Shown one piece after another: positions 20,032-29,004 of a stretch of DNA of 64,000 nucleotides (its first letter is position 1; each line of letters begins with the position of its first letter). The stretch is taken from IMG/VR virus record IMGVR_UViG_3300042510_001812; one strand, written 5' to 3'. The stretch comes from an uncultured virus (IMG/VR IMGVR_UViG_3300042510_001812) (Duplodnaviria; Heunggongvirae; Uroviricota; Caudoviricetes). The notes beneath the pieces are model-generated. The model made no database searches and was not told where the DNA came from. It saw nothing but the letters and a program-made list of their open reading frames with translations. The position numbers were made by a program, and so were the translations under genes.

Positions 20032-20268
20032 TTAGACGGTGATGGTTCCACCTTCCCAAATGCCTCGGGTGCGGTGTCCTACCAGTGGATACTCATAGTT
20101 GAGGTATCCAAGTGGCAAGTCCGCAGCGAAGCGAGTGGTCGTGATGACGGTCGCCATGTCAATGCCACAGCGCTCCAAGTCACGCACAAAGGACAGAATC
20201 AGGTGTGTGTAAACCACACGCTGACGAGTCATCTGTCCATCGTGGAACTGAAGAATGCTCTTTTTCAT
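20032..20268 (-). CDS. hypothetical protein
   Basis: Follows promoter 20335. Confidence 0.6.
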   Translation of the reverse strand: MKKSILQFHDGQMTRQRVVYTHLILSFVRDLERCGIDMATVITTTRFAADLPLGYLNYEYPLVGHRTRGIWEGGTITV

Positions 20269-20469
20269 ATTCACCCCCTTTCAAAGAAGCGTGGTTCGAG
20301 TGGTTCTCGAACGCTGCACCACATTACTACGCTCGATACCAAATTTCCAAAATAGAAGCAGCTCGATTTAGCCCCGCAGCACACGTTGGTAGACAAAAAG
20401 AATAACGGGGCTTACGTACAAGAAAAGCGACCCGAAGGTCGCTCTTCCCGAACTTTCCGACTTGCTGAA

Positions 20470-20751
20470 CTACTTGCCACCTCGTGACTCGTAGTGCTTC
20501 ACAGCGTCAACGATTGACGTGCAGTAGTTTCCGCTCTCACGCACCCAGCCGTAGTCCTCGGTCGCAATCACTGTCCACACTACGAACTTCGCGTGTGGGT
20601 CGTTTGTGACTTCGCAGATGGCAACCCATGATGCGTAGATGATACCGACCATGCGGTCTGATTTTTTCGTGCATGCAATCACTCGCACACCCGCTGCGAT
20701 TTCCTCGCCGAACTTCAACTCACTTGCTTCGGTCACCTTGATGGTATCCAT
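20470..20751 (-). CDS. hypothetical protein, paralog of 15507-15797
   Basis: Single-gene cassette; shared motifs with 15507-15797. Confidence 0.75.
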   Translation of the reverse strand: MDTIKVTEASELKFGEEIAAGVRVIACTKKSDRMVGIIYASWVAICEVTNDPHAKFVVWTVIATEDYGWVRESGNYCTSIVDAVKHYESRGGK

Positions 20752-20849
20752 GTCGTTCCCCTTTCGTGGGCTTGTTTTTATGACAACCACATCTTAGTAC
20801 ACGTGATACCAAATTTCCAAAATGGTCAGAGCGAAAATGAGCCCCGGCT

Positions 20850-21014
20850 TTACTCCTCGTCGCCTTCATGCTCGTAATCCGATGGGCAATAGTCATACCT
20901 ATCAGGGTTTGCTCTGTACTCCTCACGGTACTCCTCTGTTGTCTTGCCAGTACGGCAGGCTTCTGCTTCCTGCTTCATCTCGTGCATGAGGTTGGTGTCT
21001 AGGTAATTGGTCAT
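20850..21014 (-). CDS. small acidic protein
   Basis: GGGAG SD before MTNYLD. Confidence 0.5.
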   Translation of the reverse strand: MTNYLDTNLMHEMKQEAEACRTGKTTEEYREEYRANPDRYDYCPSDYEHEGDEE

Positions 21015-21181
21015 CGCATACTCCCTGCGTACATTCTGTCCTGCAGGTCTGCATGGTGATAATCGCACAATGAGACAGTGATAATGCCACTTTCGTACTG
21101 ACGTACAGTGCCACCGCATTTATCTGCGCTGTCTGCATTGGTGTTGAGTTCTCTACATTGAGTTGTTGGTGTATTCACTGG

Positions 21182-21559
21182 TTATTCCTTTCCGATTAGA
21201 ACTTTATTGCAATTCTTGATTGCCGTAATGCACTGGTTGATAAGTGACGTAAACGCCCTGTACGACATGACGCTATCTCGTTCGTCGTATCGTGCACACT
21301 CTAAATCCTGTTTACGCCACAGCAATTCTTTTTTCAGAGCTTTTATAGCGTCAATAGATACATCTACGGCAACGGTGTTGTTTAGTCCACGCTTTACAAC
21401 TATACGGCGTGGTGCAATAACAAACTCTGCGAACGCTTTTGTATCATCGTCCATTTCCTCACCCGATGCTATTTGGCGTTCTACGTCCTCACAGCGAGGC
21501 GTCATATCACCATCTATGACACTAGAGAACCTAATCTCGAATACTTGTTTTGTTTCCAT
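21182..21559 (-). CDS. hypothetical protein
   Basis: Follows promoter 21603. Confidence 0.65.
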   Translation of the reverse strand: METKQVFEIRFSSVIDGDMTPRCEDVERQIASGEEMDDDTKAFAEFVIAPRRIVVKRGLNNTVAVDVSIDAIKALKKELLWRKQDLECARYDERDSVMSYRAFTSLINQCITAIKNCNKVLIGKE

Positions 21560-21736
21560 TTCGTTATCCCCTTTCATTGGATATGTACATATTACTAAAC
21601 GAGATACCAAATTTCCAAATCACACAATAAGCCCCGGTATCCGGACGCCGCTTACCGGGAATGAAGCGGGGCTCTCGGCCAAATAAGTGGCGCAGGTTTC
21701 CCCACGCCACCTAATCTGTTGGACTAACTTCGCTAA

Positions 21737-22033
21737 CTAATCGGCGTCGTAATAGTCTTCAGGATTGTCGCACCATGCGTCTAGGTGGTGGGATTGAATG
21801 ATTGCCCATGCAGGCGCACTTGTCTTACCCTTCCACGACACACCTTCAGGCAGTTCAATGAGTTCATCGCCACTGAACGTTGCGTTGTAACTGTCAATGG
21901 CGTTCAAGCACACTGGGACCATTGACAACGGCACTGGTGGATAGTGATTACTTTGCAGGTGGATTGCTAGGGCGTTATCTAGTGATATGCCCATGTCGTT
22001 ATCGGCTAATTCTTGCGCTAACTGATTACCCAT
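21737..22033 (-). CDS. hypothetical protein
   Basis: HLQSNHYPPVP motif; long structured leader. Confidence 0.7.
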   Translation of the reverse strand: MGNQLAQELADNDMGISLDNALAIHLQSNHYPPVPLSMVPVCLNAIDSYNATFSGDELIELPEGVSWKGKTSAPAWAIIQSHHLDAWCDNPEDYYDAD

Positions 22034-22303
22034 GATTGCCCCCTTCAGGACTGTAGTAGTGAAGTTGGTGGGAGCCTGTCGGGAGACATTTCCATCCCCC
22101 GATTAGCGTTATTGGACACTCTTCAGTCCCACCAACAATGAATACTTTACAACACTGGATACCAAATTTCCAAAGTGCGACTGGCCACCCCTGCGCCTTC
22201 AAGAGCGTGGTTTAAGCCCCGCGTATCAACTGGCTTGAGTATTGGAATGCCGGGGCTATCTGACTAAAAAGTCGAGCAACCGATTGGCTGCCCGACTTTT
22301 GTT

Positions 22304-22480
22304 TCAGTCGATTTGGATTTTGTCAAACACTTCGGCTCGAGCATTGAGCATCGCCCAATGAAAAGCGTCCATGAAAATCTGCTGCTTCTCTGCCGACCGA
22401 AACTCTCGCTCGGCGTGGGCCCGAGCCTCGGCGGTCTTAACCGCCAAGAGCCCGACCCACCAGTTGGCCTTCTCGTTCAT
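22304..22480 (-). CDS. hypothetical protein
   Basis: ATGA overlap with upstream gene. Confidence 0.5.
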   Translation of the reverse strand: MNEKANWWVGLLAVKTAEARAHAEREFRSAEKQQIFMDAFHWAMLNARAEVFDKIQID

Positions 22481-22701
22481 TGGATTTTGTACAACTCGTA
22501 AATCCAACCCGTGCCGCCGCCGTAGGTGTACCTCTCGCCGATGCTGCTCTTCATGGCGTCAAGCGCGCTGTCGAGCATGAACCAAGCATCCTCTTCGTAC
22601 GTCTCGTCCTCGGCGTTCCTGATTGCCTCGGTGAACAACTCGAGTTGGACCTTCACCTCCTCGATTATTTCCTTGACTGTCTTCACCTTTTCTGCTTCCA
22701 T
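22477..22701 (-). CDS. hypothetical protein
   Basis: Follows promoter 22768. Confidence 0.6.
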   Translation of the reverse strand: MEAEKVKTVKEIIEEVKVQLELFTEAIRNAEDETYEEDAWFMLDSALDAMKSSIGERYTYGGGTGWIYELYKIQ

Positions 22702-22990
22702 GACTTTCCCCTTTTCTCGAATGTTCCACGTGGAACATTTCCTTACGAGACCAATACTAGTACACCCGATACCAAATTTCCAAATTCAAACACAGCCCCG
22801 CAAAAGTTTTTTTCATTTAACATACAGATGACATACAGGTAACATACAAATTTTCAGCAGCAGAAGGGTATGCGGGGCTATTTTGGGCAAAAAATAAACC
22901 ACACCAAAACTCTACGCAATTTGAAAGGGGTAAAACGCGGAGTAATGGTGTGGTTATTTATTAGTAGGTATTTCTACCCACTAAAACTTG

Positions 22991-23281
22991 CTACACAATA
23001 CGAGAGTGTAGTGGTGTCTCAATGTAGATGGTAGGTCGGTCTGAGAACTTGTCCTCAAATACTCCGAGCAAGTATGGTGCTACTTCCTCGTTGTACCCAT
23101 CTGCGATACCGCAAGCCTGTGACTTGGATAGACATGGTAGGTCACGGTAGAGAAAGTCTGAACCATCTCCAGTTGGTGACTGAAAGTAAATGCGTACTGC
23201 CCATTCTGTAGTTACTCCAAACTCTTTCATGAGTTGTTTTACTACTTCGGCACTAACAATAGAACCTTTTCCCGATTTCAT
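22991..23281 (-). CDS. hypothetical protein
   Basis: TAATG coupling. Confidence 0.6.
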   Translation of the reverse strand: MKSGKGSIVSAEVVKQLMKEFGVTTEWAVRIYFQSPTGDGSDFLYRDLPCLSKSQACGIADGYNEEVAPYLLGVFEDKFSDRPTIYIETPLHSRIV

Positions 23282-23529
23282 TACTTGCCTACCTTTCCAG
23301 TAGTGAGTGTTTGTTCTAGCACTAGCCAAGAGTGACCAGTACTTGTGTTTGCGTGTATTTGGAAACTGTAAGTGTTGTAGTCGCCTACGCTCTCCCAGTA
23401 CTCCAAAGCCTCGTCAGTTGCCAACCAAGCCTCACACTCTTTACGAGTGTCAGCCTCAAACGCTGGCGTGTCGCTATCTGGTAGACAGCCTGCGCTAGCC
23501 CACCAAACCTGATAAATCGTATGTTTCAT
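23281..23529 (-). CDS. hypothetical protein
   Basis: Follows promoter 23594. Confidence 0.6.
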   Translation of the reverse strand: MKHTIYQVWWASAGCLPDSDTPAFEADTRKECEAWLATDEALEYWESVGDYNTYSFQIHANTSTGHSWLVLEQTLTTGKVGK

Positions 23530-23736
23530 AATTTCCCCTTTCCGAGAAACTTACGGAGATACTTTCCCCGTTGAGATAGATAGTACTACCCCTGATACCA
23601 AATTTCCAAAATCACTTTTTACGCTTTATTACTGCGTAGATATAGGTAAAGATAACGCCACTAAGAAACCCAATGACCAATCCTTGTACATACATAACTA
23701 CTTCCACGATTTTCCCTTTCCGTTGTAGGTGATACT

Positions 23737-23765
23737 AAATTACAGGCCTGTAGTGATTATGTCAA
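23737..23765 (-). promoter_or_regulatory. canonical sigma70/SigA-type promoter
   Basis: TTGACA-N17-TAATTT in the slot normally held by the phage motif. Confidence 0.7.
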
Positions 23766-23867
23766 GGATTTCGATACAGCCCCGCGTTTCCGGCTGCGCC
23801 GCTCTAGCCCCCGGGGCTTTGCTCTAGAAAGAGAGTAGCAACCGTTGTGGTCACTACTCCCTTCCGA

Positions 23868-24176
23868 CTAGCAGGTGAAGTAATCGTATAGATACTGACG
23901 AGCCTCGTCAGAGAGTGCGTCCTCGTCAAGTACGAGATACTTCCCAGAGCCATTGCAATCATCACAGCGCTCGTCATAGAGCCCTGAGATGTAGTTCTCA
24001 CGGAACTCGTCATCTTGCTCATTCCACTCGTCAGCCGAATATGCGCCGAACCTGTTGGAGTGACCACCAGAGCCACGACAAAGGTCGCAGATAGCCCATT
24101 CCTCATGAATAGAGCAACGTCCTATCTCCTCGTCAGCAATCGCCTGACGAATAATCTCAGCATGAGTAGTTTTCAT
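23868..24176 (-). CDS. DnaJ-like zinc-finger protein
   Basis: CDLCRGSG and CDDCNGSG. Confidence 0.7.
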   Translation of the reverse strand: MKTTHAEIIRQAIADEEIGRCSIHEEWAICDLCRGSGGHSNRFGAYSADEWNEQDDEFRENYISGLYDERCDDCNGSGKYLVLDEDALSDEARQYLYDYFTC

Positions 24177-24361
24177 AAAATAACCCCTTTTCTAGTAGTT
24201 CCCAATAGTTTATTACACGAGATACTAAGTTTCCAAAATACTGGTGGCACACCCAGTCACATAGAGCATGGGTCAAGCCCCGCATTTGAGTGTTGTTGTA
24301 GGTAGAGCCGGGGCTATCGAAAAGTTTTAGCCAGGTGAACAGGCTAAAACCATCTTGCAGC

Positions 24362-24532
24362 TCATTCGTAATCAAGCCCATCCATAAAGGCTTCGTTGTC
24401 CGAATACCACGCAAGGTCGTCTTCCTGTATGAGGTGACCATCTAGTGTGTACTCTCCGTCGTCCCACGGATTGAGCTTGGCCTCGCGGCGCTCTGCTTGC
24501 TTTGCTGTTTCGTATTGCTCGTTGTTGTCCAT
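24362..24532 (-). CDS. small acidic protein, 56 aa, probably leaderless
   Basis: MDNNEQYETAKQ...; ATG lies 6 nt after the -10 box of promoter 24553. Confidence 0.6.
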   Translation of the reverse strand: MDNNEQYETAKQAERREAKLNPWDDGEYTLDGHLIQEDDLAWYSDNEAFMDGLDYE

Positions 24533-24720
24533 GCCTCAAATTTACAACATGAGATACCAAATTTCTAAAATCAAGAGGGGTCGAATGGACAAGATGAGCT
24601 GGCCGCCTTTCGCAATCAGTAGCCCCGGCTATCCGGTAATCCAGTAGGAGCGGCGGGGCTGATGAAAAATTTTAGGGGTGTAACAAGGTTTTATTCCCTG
24701 TTACACCCCCAACGGGGGGA

Positions 24721-25038
24721 TTAGAACTCGTAGGAGTAGTAGTACCTGCGACCACTCAAGTGAAGGACAGCCCAACTATCCAAGGAGTCGCCAACCTGAA
24801 CCCACCTTCCGTTTTTACGGAGTGTAAAGCAAGTGGTTGGGTTGTTTGGGTTTGGTGTAATTTCCCAGTCGTTACTGTAAGGCTTCGCACCTTCGGCTGG
24901 CTTGACATCATCTTGCTGAACAATAATTTTCTTGCCATTTTCGCTAACGAAAACAATCGTTACTGAGTGGGTGTCCACTCCATTGCTAACGTGTGCGCCG
25001 TTTCCGACTACTGGCTTCGTTCTTTCTTTGGTTTCCAT
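24721..25038 (-). CDS. hypothetical protein
   Basis: Single-gene cassette: promoter 25088. Confidence 0.7.
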   Translation of the reverse strand: METKERTKPVVGNGAHVSNGVDTHSVTIVFVSENGKKIIVQQDDVKPAEGAKPYSNDWEITPNPNNPTTCFTLRKNGRWVQVGDSLDSWAVLHLSGRRYYYSYEF

Positions 25039-25118
25039 TGTGTCCCCTTTCGTGGAACTCGTTTACAAATGAAACATTACAGCATGAGATACCAAATTTC
25101 CAAAATAGAACGAACAGG

Positions 25119-25132
25119 CGAACAGGTGTTCG
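25119..25132. promoter_or_regulatory. LexA (SOS/Cheo) box
   Basis: CGAAC-AGGT-GTTCG, 13 bp upstream of promoter motif 25088-25105. Confidence 0.7.
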
Positions 25133-25243
25133 GTCTTTATGGGTTAGCCCCGGTATACCGGCAGACTACGACGGGGCTTTGCTCTAGAAAGAGAGTGTTA
25201 CCGTTTCTGGTAACACCCTCTTTGATTATGGTGAGCCAGCTGG

Positions 25244-25501
25244 CTAGAGCGAGCTCGCCATGCGACAGGTCTTGCGATACTGGCCTTTGGCAGCCTCAAT
25301 CATGAGAGCCCATGCAGCCTCGTCAGGGCAGACAGCGAGCACAAGCAGCTGGAAGTTCTCCATGCCGAAATTCTTGTGAGTGCGGCGAGCCTTACGGAGT
25401 GCTGCGTCTTGGGGGTTCTTGGTAGCAGCGTCAAAAATATACAGCTGCTCATAGACAGACGGGTCAAACCCGTCAGACCAAAGGATACGGACAGTGAACA
25501 T
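25244..25501 (-). CDS. hypothetical protein
   Basis: Single-gene cassette: promoter 25549. Confidence 0.65.
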   Translation of the reverse strand: MFTVRILWSDGFDPSVYEQLYIFDAATKNPQDAALRKARRTHKNFGMENFQLLVLAVCPDEAAWALMIEAAKGQYRKTCRMASSL

Positions 25502-25567
25502 ATAAACCCCTTTCATGGGTGGTAGGTACCCCAAACATTACAGTACGAGATACCAAATTTCCAAAAG

Positions 25568-25581
25568 CGAACACTTGTTCG
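25568..25581. promoter_or_regulatory. LexA (SOS/Cheo) box
   Basis: CGAAC-ACTT-GTTCG, abutting promoter motif 25549-25566. Confidence 0.75.
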
Positions 25582-25738
25582 CATAGCCCCGGCTACTGAC
25601 TTATGGAAGCACTTTCTGTTTCCATTAGGTGAAGCCGAATATCAAGAAGCAAGTCCTGCATTTCGCTTGACGCCACAAGTTCACGGCTAGAGATATTGAC
25701 TAGCGCCTTATCAAGAAGTGTGATTATTTCTTTTTCGT

Positions 25739-25921
25739 TCATTGTGGGCAGTCCTCGTATGGGTTGGGGTTTCCTTCATTGTCCTCGCAAGAACAGAAGC
25801 CGAATAATTCTACTTGAGTTTCGTGAGTGAGTTCAGTCAAGTCCTCGTATGACGGGGAGCCCCGTAGTTCCTCTATCACTAAACTCCAAAAGTCTACGAA
25901 AAGTTTCTCTTGTGAGTTCAC
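25739..25921 (-). CDS. hypothetical protein
   Basis: AAGGGAG SD, GTG start. Confidence 0.55.
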   Translation of the reverse strand: MNSQEKLFVDFWSLVIEELRGSPSYEDLTELTHETQVELFGFCSCEDNEGNPNPYEDCPQ

Positions 25922-25943
25922 TTCTTGCTCCCTTTCGTTGTGA

Positions 25944-26621
25944 TTATGGATTTGACCTTGTGTATGGGTTCACCCAAGTTCCGTTAGCCCTGAAGTATCC
26001 TGAAACATAACTGTTTCGTGGCAAGCCGTTCACTTTTGACGGAACTCCATAACAGATACCCACACAACTACTAGCGCTCGGAACTGCTATGGAAGGCACT
26101 CTTGTCGCTGGATTGATAACTGGATAACCCGCTGGTTTAATTCTTGTAGTAGTTCCGTATGTATTCCAAGAAATTGGTGGAAGGGTAATTGGAGATTGCT
26201 GTGGGTTGAAGTTGATTGGTGGAAGGGCAATTGGTTTCCAAGTACTTGGCGTCCAAGAAATTGGTGGGATAGTAATCGGCGTGTATGGACCGTATCCACC
26301 AAAAGAAACTGGCAGAGTTATGGTTGGGGCGATTACTGGTGATGCAACTGGGACAACTATCGGAACGGTTGTGGTTGGGATTGTTGTGGTTGTAGCGTTC
26401 GGCATAGGTGCAACAAAAGAAACATTTCCACTTACTGCTATGTACTTTACAAAATTACACTTTTCGTCAAATAGCGGAGCCATTCCTGTTGGGTATGGTT
26501 TATTGGTAGACCAAAAAGACAACATAATAGGGTGGCAGTCAGTAGTCGCTTTTGCTTGACTGGCAAAAGATAGCGCCACTCCAGTTACTAAAACTACGAG
26601 TGCTGTCTTTAGTGCTTTCAT
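25944..26621 (-). CDS. secreted Pro/Thr-rich protein
   Basis: Signal peptide (..QAKA); repeated ITLPPISW; C-terminal YVSGYFRANGTWVNPYTRS. Confidence 0.7.
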   Translation of the reverse strand: MKALKTALVVLVTGVALSFASQAKATTDCHPIMLSFWSTNKPYPTGMAPLFDEKCNFVKYIAVSGNVSFVAPMPNATTTTIPTTTVPIVVPVASPVIAPTITLPVSFGGYGPYTPITIPPISWTPSTWKPIALPPINFNPQQSPITLPPISWNTYGTTTRIKPAGYPVINPATRVPSIAVPSASSCVGICYGVPSKVNGLPRNSYVSGYFRANGTWVNPYTRSNP

Positions 26622-26711
26622 TACTTATCCCCTTTCTAAGGGCTTGTTGTTGTCTCTATCGTAGGGCAACGGATACCAAATTTCAAAATCCACAAATAGC
26701 CCCGGTGGGTG

Positions 26712-27044
26712 CTATGCGCACTCTTCCATTACTTCGCCACCATCAGTTATGCGCAACTCGCAAGCGTTGTGTGTCGGTAGGTAGATGGTGTCGCCAATAG
26801 TAAGTGTCGTTCCGTACAACTCAACGAGCCTATCCACTACTTCCATAGTGTTGCCCTCGCACTTTGTACGGGCTATCCAATAGAGAGTGTCGCCACTTTC
26901 TATTTTGACAGGCGTTCCGTCACAAAAGAACTCGCTGTCTTTCGTGTTCTGTCTGTCTAAGTATCCAAATGCGAATACTGACGCAAGTGTTATTGCGATA
27001 GTGATAAGCACTGTCTTTGCTGTTCGGTAGGTGTTCTCGTTCAT
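26712..27044 (-). CDS. membrane-anchored LysM domain protein
   Basis: N-terminal TM; IESGDTLYWIA...LTIGDTIYLP. Confidence 0.75.
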   Translation of the reverse strand: MNENTYRTAKTVLITIAITLASVFAFGYLDRQNTKDSEFFCDGTPVKIESGDTLYWIARTKCEGNTMEVVDRLVELYGTTLTIGDTIYLPTHNACELRITDGGEVMEECA

Positions 27045-27049
27045 TGTGT

Positions 27050-27508
27050 TTATCGCCCTTCCCATAGCAGGTCTGTTTTTATATACACGACAATTCGTTT
27101 CACTCCGAACCCGAATAGAACTCCATAAAACAAGACAAAGAAAATTAGCGGATTTGTTGGGACATTGTTTCGTAAAAAAGATGTATGTTCACCATAACCA
27201 TAGATTGCTTCCATAGTTCTGTTGTACGAGATGTAGTAACCATAGGAATAGTCTCGTTCATTGTACAGAACCTCAGTGCATTGCTCCCCAGTTCCGTATG
27301 TTTCTCCACATACCTCTCCGAATACAGGCGTTGCGTTCGGATTGTAGTCCTCATTTACTACCCATTCGGTGTCAAACATTTTGTCCACAGTGAAAGTGGA
27401 AATACTGATTACGCCAAACAAACAAGCAACACAGACCACTGCTAAAGGTATGGATTTTCTTACTAGTGGTATTTGTTTCTTTGCTGTTCGGTAGATGTTT
27501 TCGTTCAT
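27050..27508 (-). CDS. two-TM membrane protein
   Basis: Follows promoter 27549; two hydrophobic segments. Confidence 0.65.
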   Translation of the reverse strand: MNENIYRTAKKQIPLVRKSIPLAVVCVACLFGVISISTFTVDKMFDTEWVVNEDYNPNATPVFGEVCGETYGTGEQCTEVLYNERDYSYGYYISYNRTMEAIYGYGEHTSFLRNNVPTNPLIFFVLFYGVLFGFGVKRIVVYIKTDLLWEGR

Positions 27509-27660
27509 TGCTCTCCCTTTCAGTAGGTAACTAAATCATATCCGAGCCAATACCAAATTTCAACGACCCCAAGGCGGGGCTATTTCGAGTTAGCGTGCAA
27601 TTTGGAAATCTGGTATCACGGATAGTACGATTTACTTGTCCACGAGAAAAGGGGAAAGAA

Positions 27661-27783
27661 ATGAAAGTATCATCACACACGAAAACTAAGTGCGTAGAGT
27701 GCGGTCGGGTATTTGACCTGCTAGACGAGGAACAGGCAAATGAGTTTTTCTACGGTCACGATTGCGAAGAGGGGGGTGAATAA
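27661..27783 (+). CDS. small zinc-finger peptide
   Basis: CVECG...HDC; plus-strand promoter 27601 and AAGGGG SD. Confidence 0.6.
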   Translation: MKVSSHTKTKCVECGRVFDLLDEEQANEFFYGHDCEEGGE

Positions 27784-27950
27784 TGAGCAAGAACATTATC
27801 TGCCCTACTTGTAGTGGCTTTATTCCGAACGGACATACGCCAGGTATGTACCCAGGTGCTATTTCACGTAAAGACAACAAAACAGAGATTTGTTCGCAAT
27901 GCGGTGAAGATGAGGCAATGGAAGATTTTTTCCGTATGATGAGCAAATGA
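27783..27950 (+). CDS. small zinc-finger protein
   Basis: Manual translation CPTC...PGAISRKDNKTEICSQCG; coupled at both ends. Confidence 0.65.
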   Translation: MSKNIICPTCSGFIPNGHTPGMYPGAISRKDNKTEICSQCGEDEAMEDFFRMMSK

Positions 27951-28318
27951 GCGAAACACCTAACAAGCCACAAGACATATTCGTAGGCAACACTTACGAG
28001 CAATGGAAAGAAATCGGCGAACAGCGAAACTGGGAAAGCGGGGCTAAAAGCGCAACTCGGCAGGAAATACAGGAAGCACTAGAGGAGTTAGGTGAAACTA
28101 CCTTGCTTATGGACGGGTTTGACGAAGCCTTTATTGGTTGGTCACGCCGTATCAATGAGCCACTACTCGCCGTCTATTCATATGACGCACTAATCAAGGT
28201 TTGTGTTGAGCGAGACGGTATGGATTTTGAGGAAGCCGTTGAGTATGTGGACTACAATGTCGTAGGTGCTTGGATTGGCGAACAGACACCAATAATCGTT
28301 ATGCCCTTTATCCACTAA
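27947..28318 (+). CDS. conserved phage hypothetical protein
   Basis: DGFDEAFIG...EEAVEYVDYNVVGAWIGEQTP. Confidence 0.75.
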   Translation: MSETPNKPQDIFVGNTYEQWKEIGEQRNWESGAKSATRQEIQEALEELGETTLLMDGFDEAFIGWSRRINEPLLAVYSYDALIKVCVERDGMDFEEAVEYVDYNVVGAWIGEQTPIIVMPFIH

Positions 28319-28336
28319 TTTACTATCGGAGAAAAA

Positions 28337-28654
28337 GTGACATCAGTAGCAGTGAGAGTAAGCGCACCACCGAGAGGCGATTTGCCTTGTACTGGCAGGC
28401 AAGATTTGTTTTATGGCAAGTACGCCGAAAGACCTGAAGCACGATTGCGCCGTGAAGAAAAAGCCAAAAAAGTTTGCGCTACTTGTTCGCAGGCGACTAC
28501 CTGCCGTGATTACGCCCGTAGTAATGGCGAAGTGTTTGGTATTTGGGGCGGAGAAACAGAAATGGAGAGATATAGCGCAGGATTTATGTTGTCAGTACCA
28601 CCCCACCTGTCACGGAGAGTTGTTACTATGAAAGAAAGATATGGGAACTTATAA
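28337..28654 (+). CDS. whiB: WhiB family transcriptional regulator
   Basis: C...AKKVCATC....C.DYA...GIWGG.TE.ER. Confidence 0.9.
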   Translation: MTSVAVRVSAPPRGDLPCTGRQDLFYGKYAERPEARLRREEKAKKVCATCSQATTCRDYARSNGEVFGIWGGETEMERYSAGFMLSVPPHLSRRVVTMKERYGNL

Positions 28655-28865
28655 CGATTTCCTCGCCACGATTTCTATTTACTACGAGACACAACTTGTA
28701 GCAGGTGGCGATTTGCGCTATGGACAAATGTATATGAGCCATCTTTGGGAAGTAAAGCCCCGCATAGCAGAGAAGCTAAGCAACTCTTTACTTGACCCAT
28801 TTCATAGAGACAACTGCCCACCTAAAGTACACGAGTTTGTGGAAAGTCTTTGGTCTAGCGAATAG
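28641..28865 (+). CDS. hypothetical protein
   Basis: ORF track; LRYGQ...DPFH. Confidence 0.6.
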   Translation: MGTYNDFLATISIYYETQLVAGGDLRYGQMYMSHLWEVKPRIAEKLSNSLLDPFHRDNCPPKVHEFVESLWSSE

Positions 28866-29004
28866 GACAGCAAGACGAGCGACGAGGTTTCTGAATAACC
28901 CGTGAAGGCTTTGGTTCAGCCTCTTTTTTCTTCTTTTTTTCGTCATCAGCCATACAACAAGAATACACCTTGTGTTTGGAGCTGAGCCCCGCTAACATTT
29001 CGGT

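Noticed and set aside
22064..22136. Hammerhead ribozyme (CUGAAGA present)
   Set aside because: The required GAAA after stem II and the NUH cleavage triplet are missing, and CUG can pair with a downstream CAG.
12111..25196. Integron attC sites for the AGCCCCG..CGGGGCT pairs
   Set aside because: No RYYYAAC/GTTRRRY ends, no consistent inner pairing, and no tyrosine recombinase in the window.
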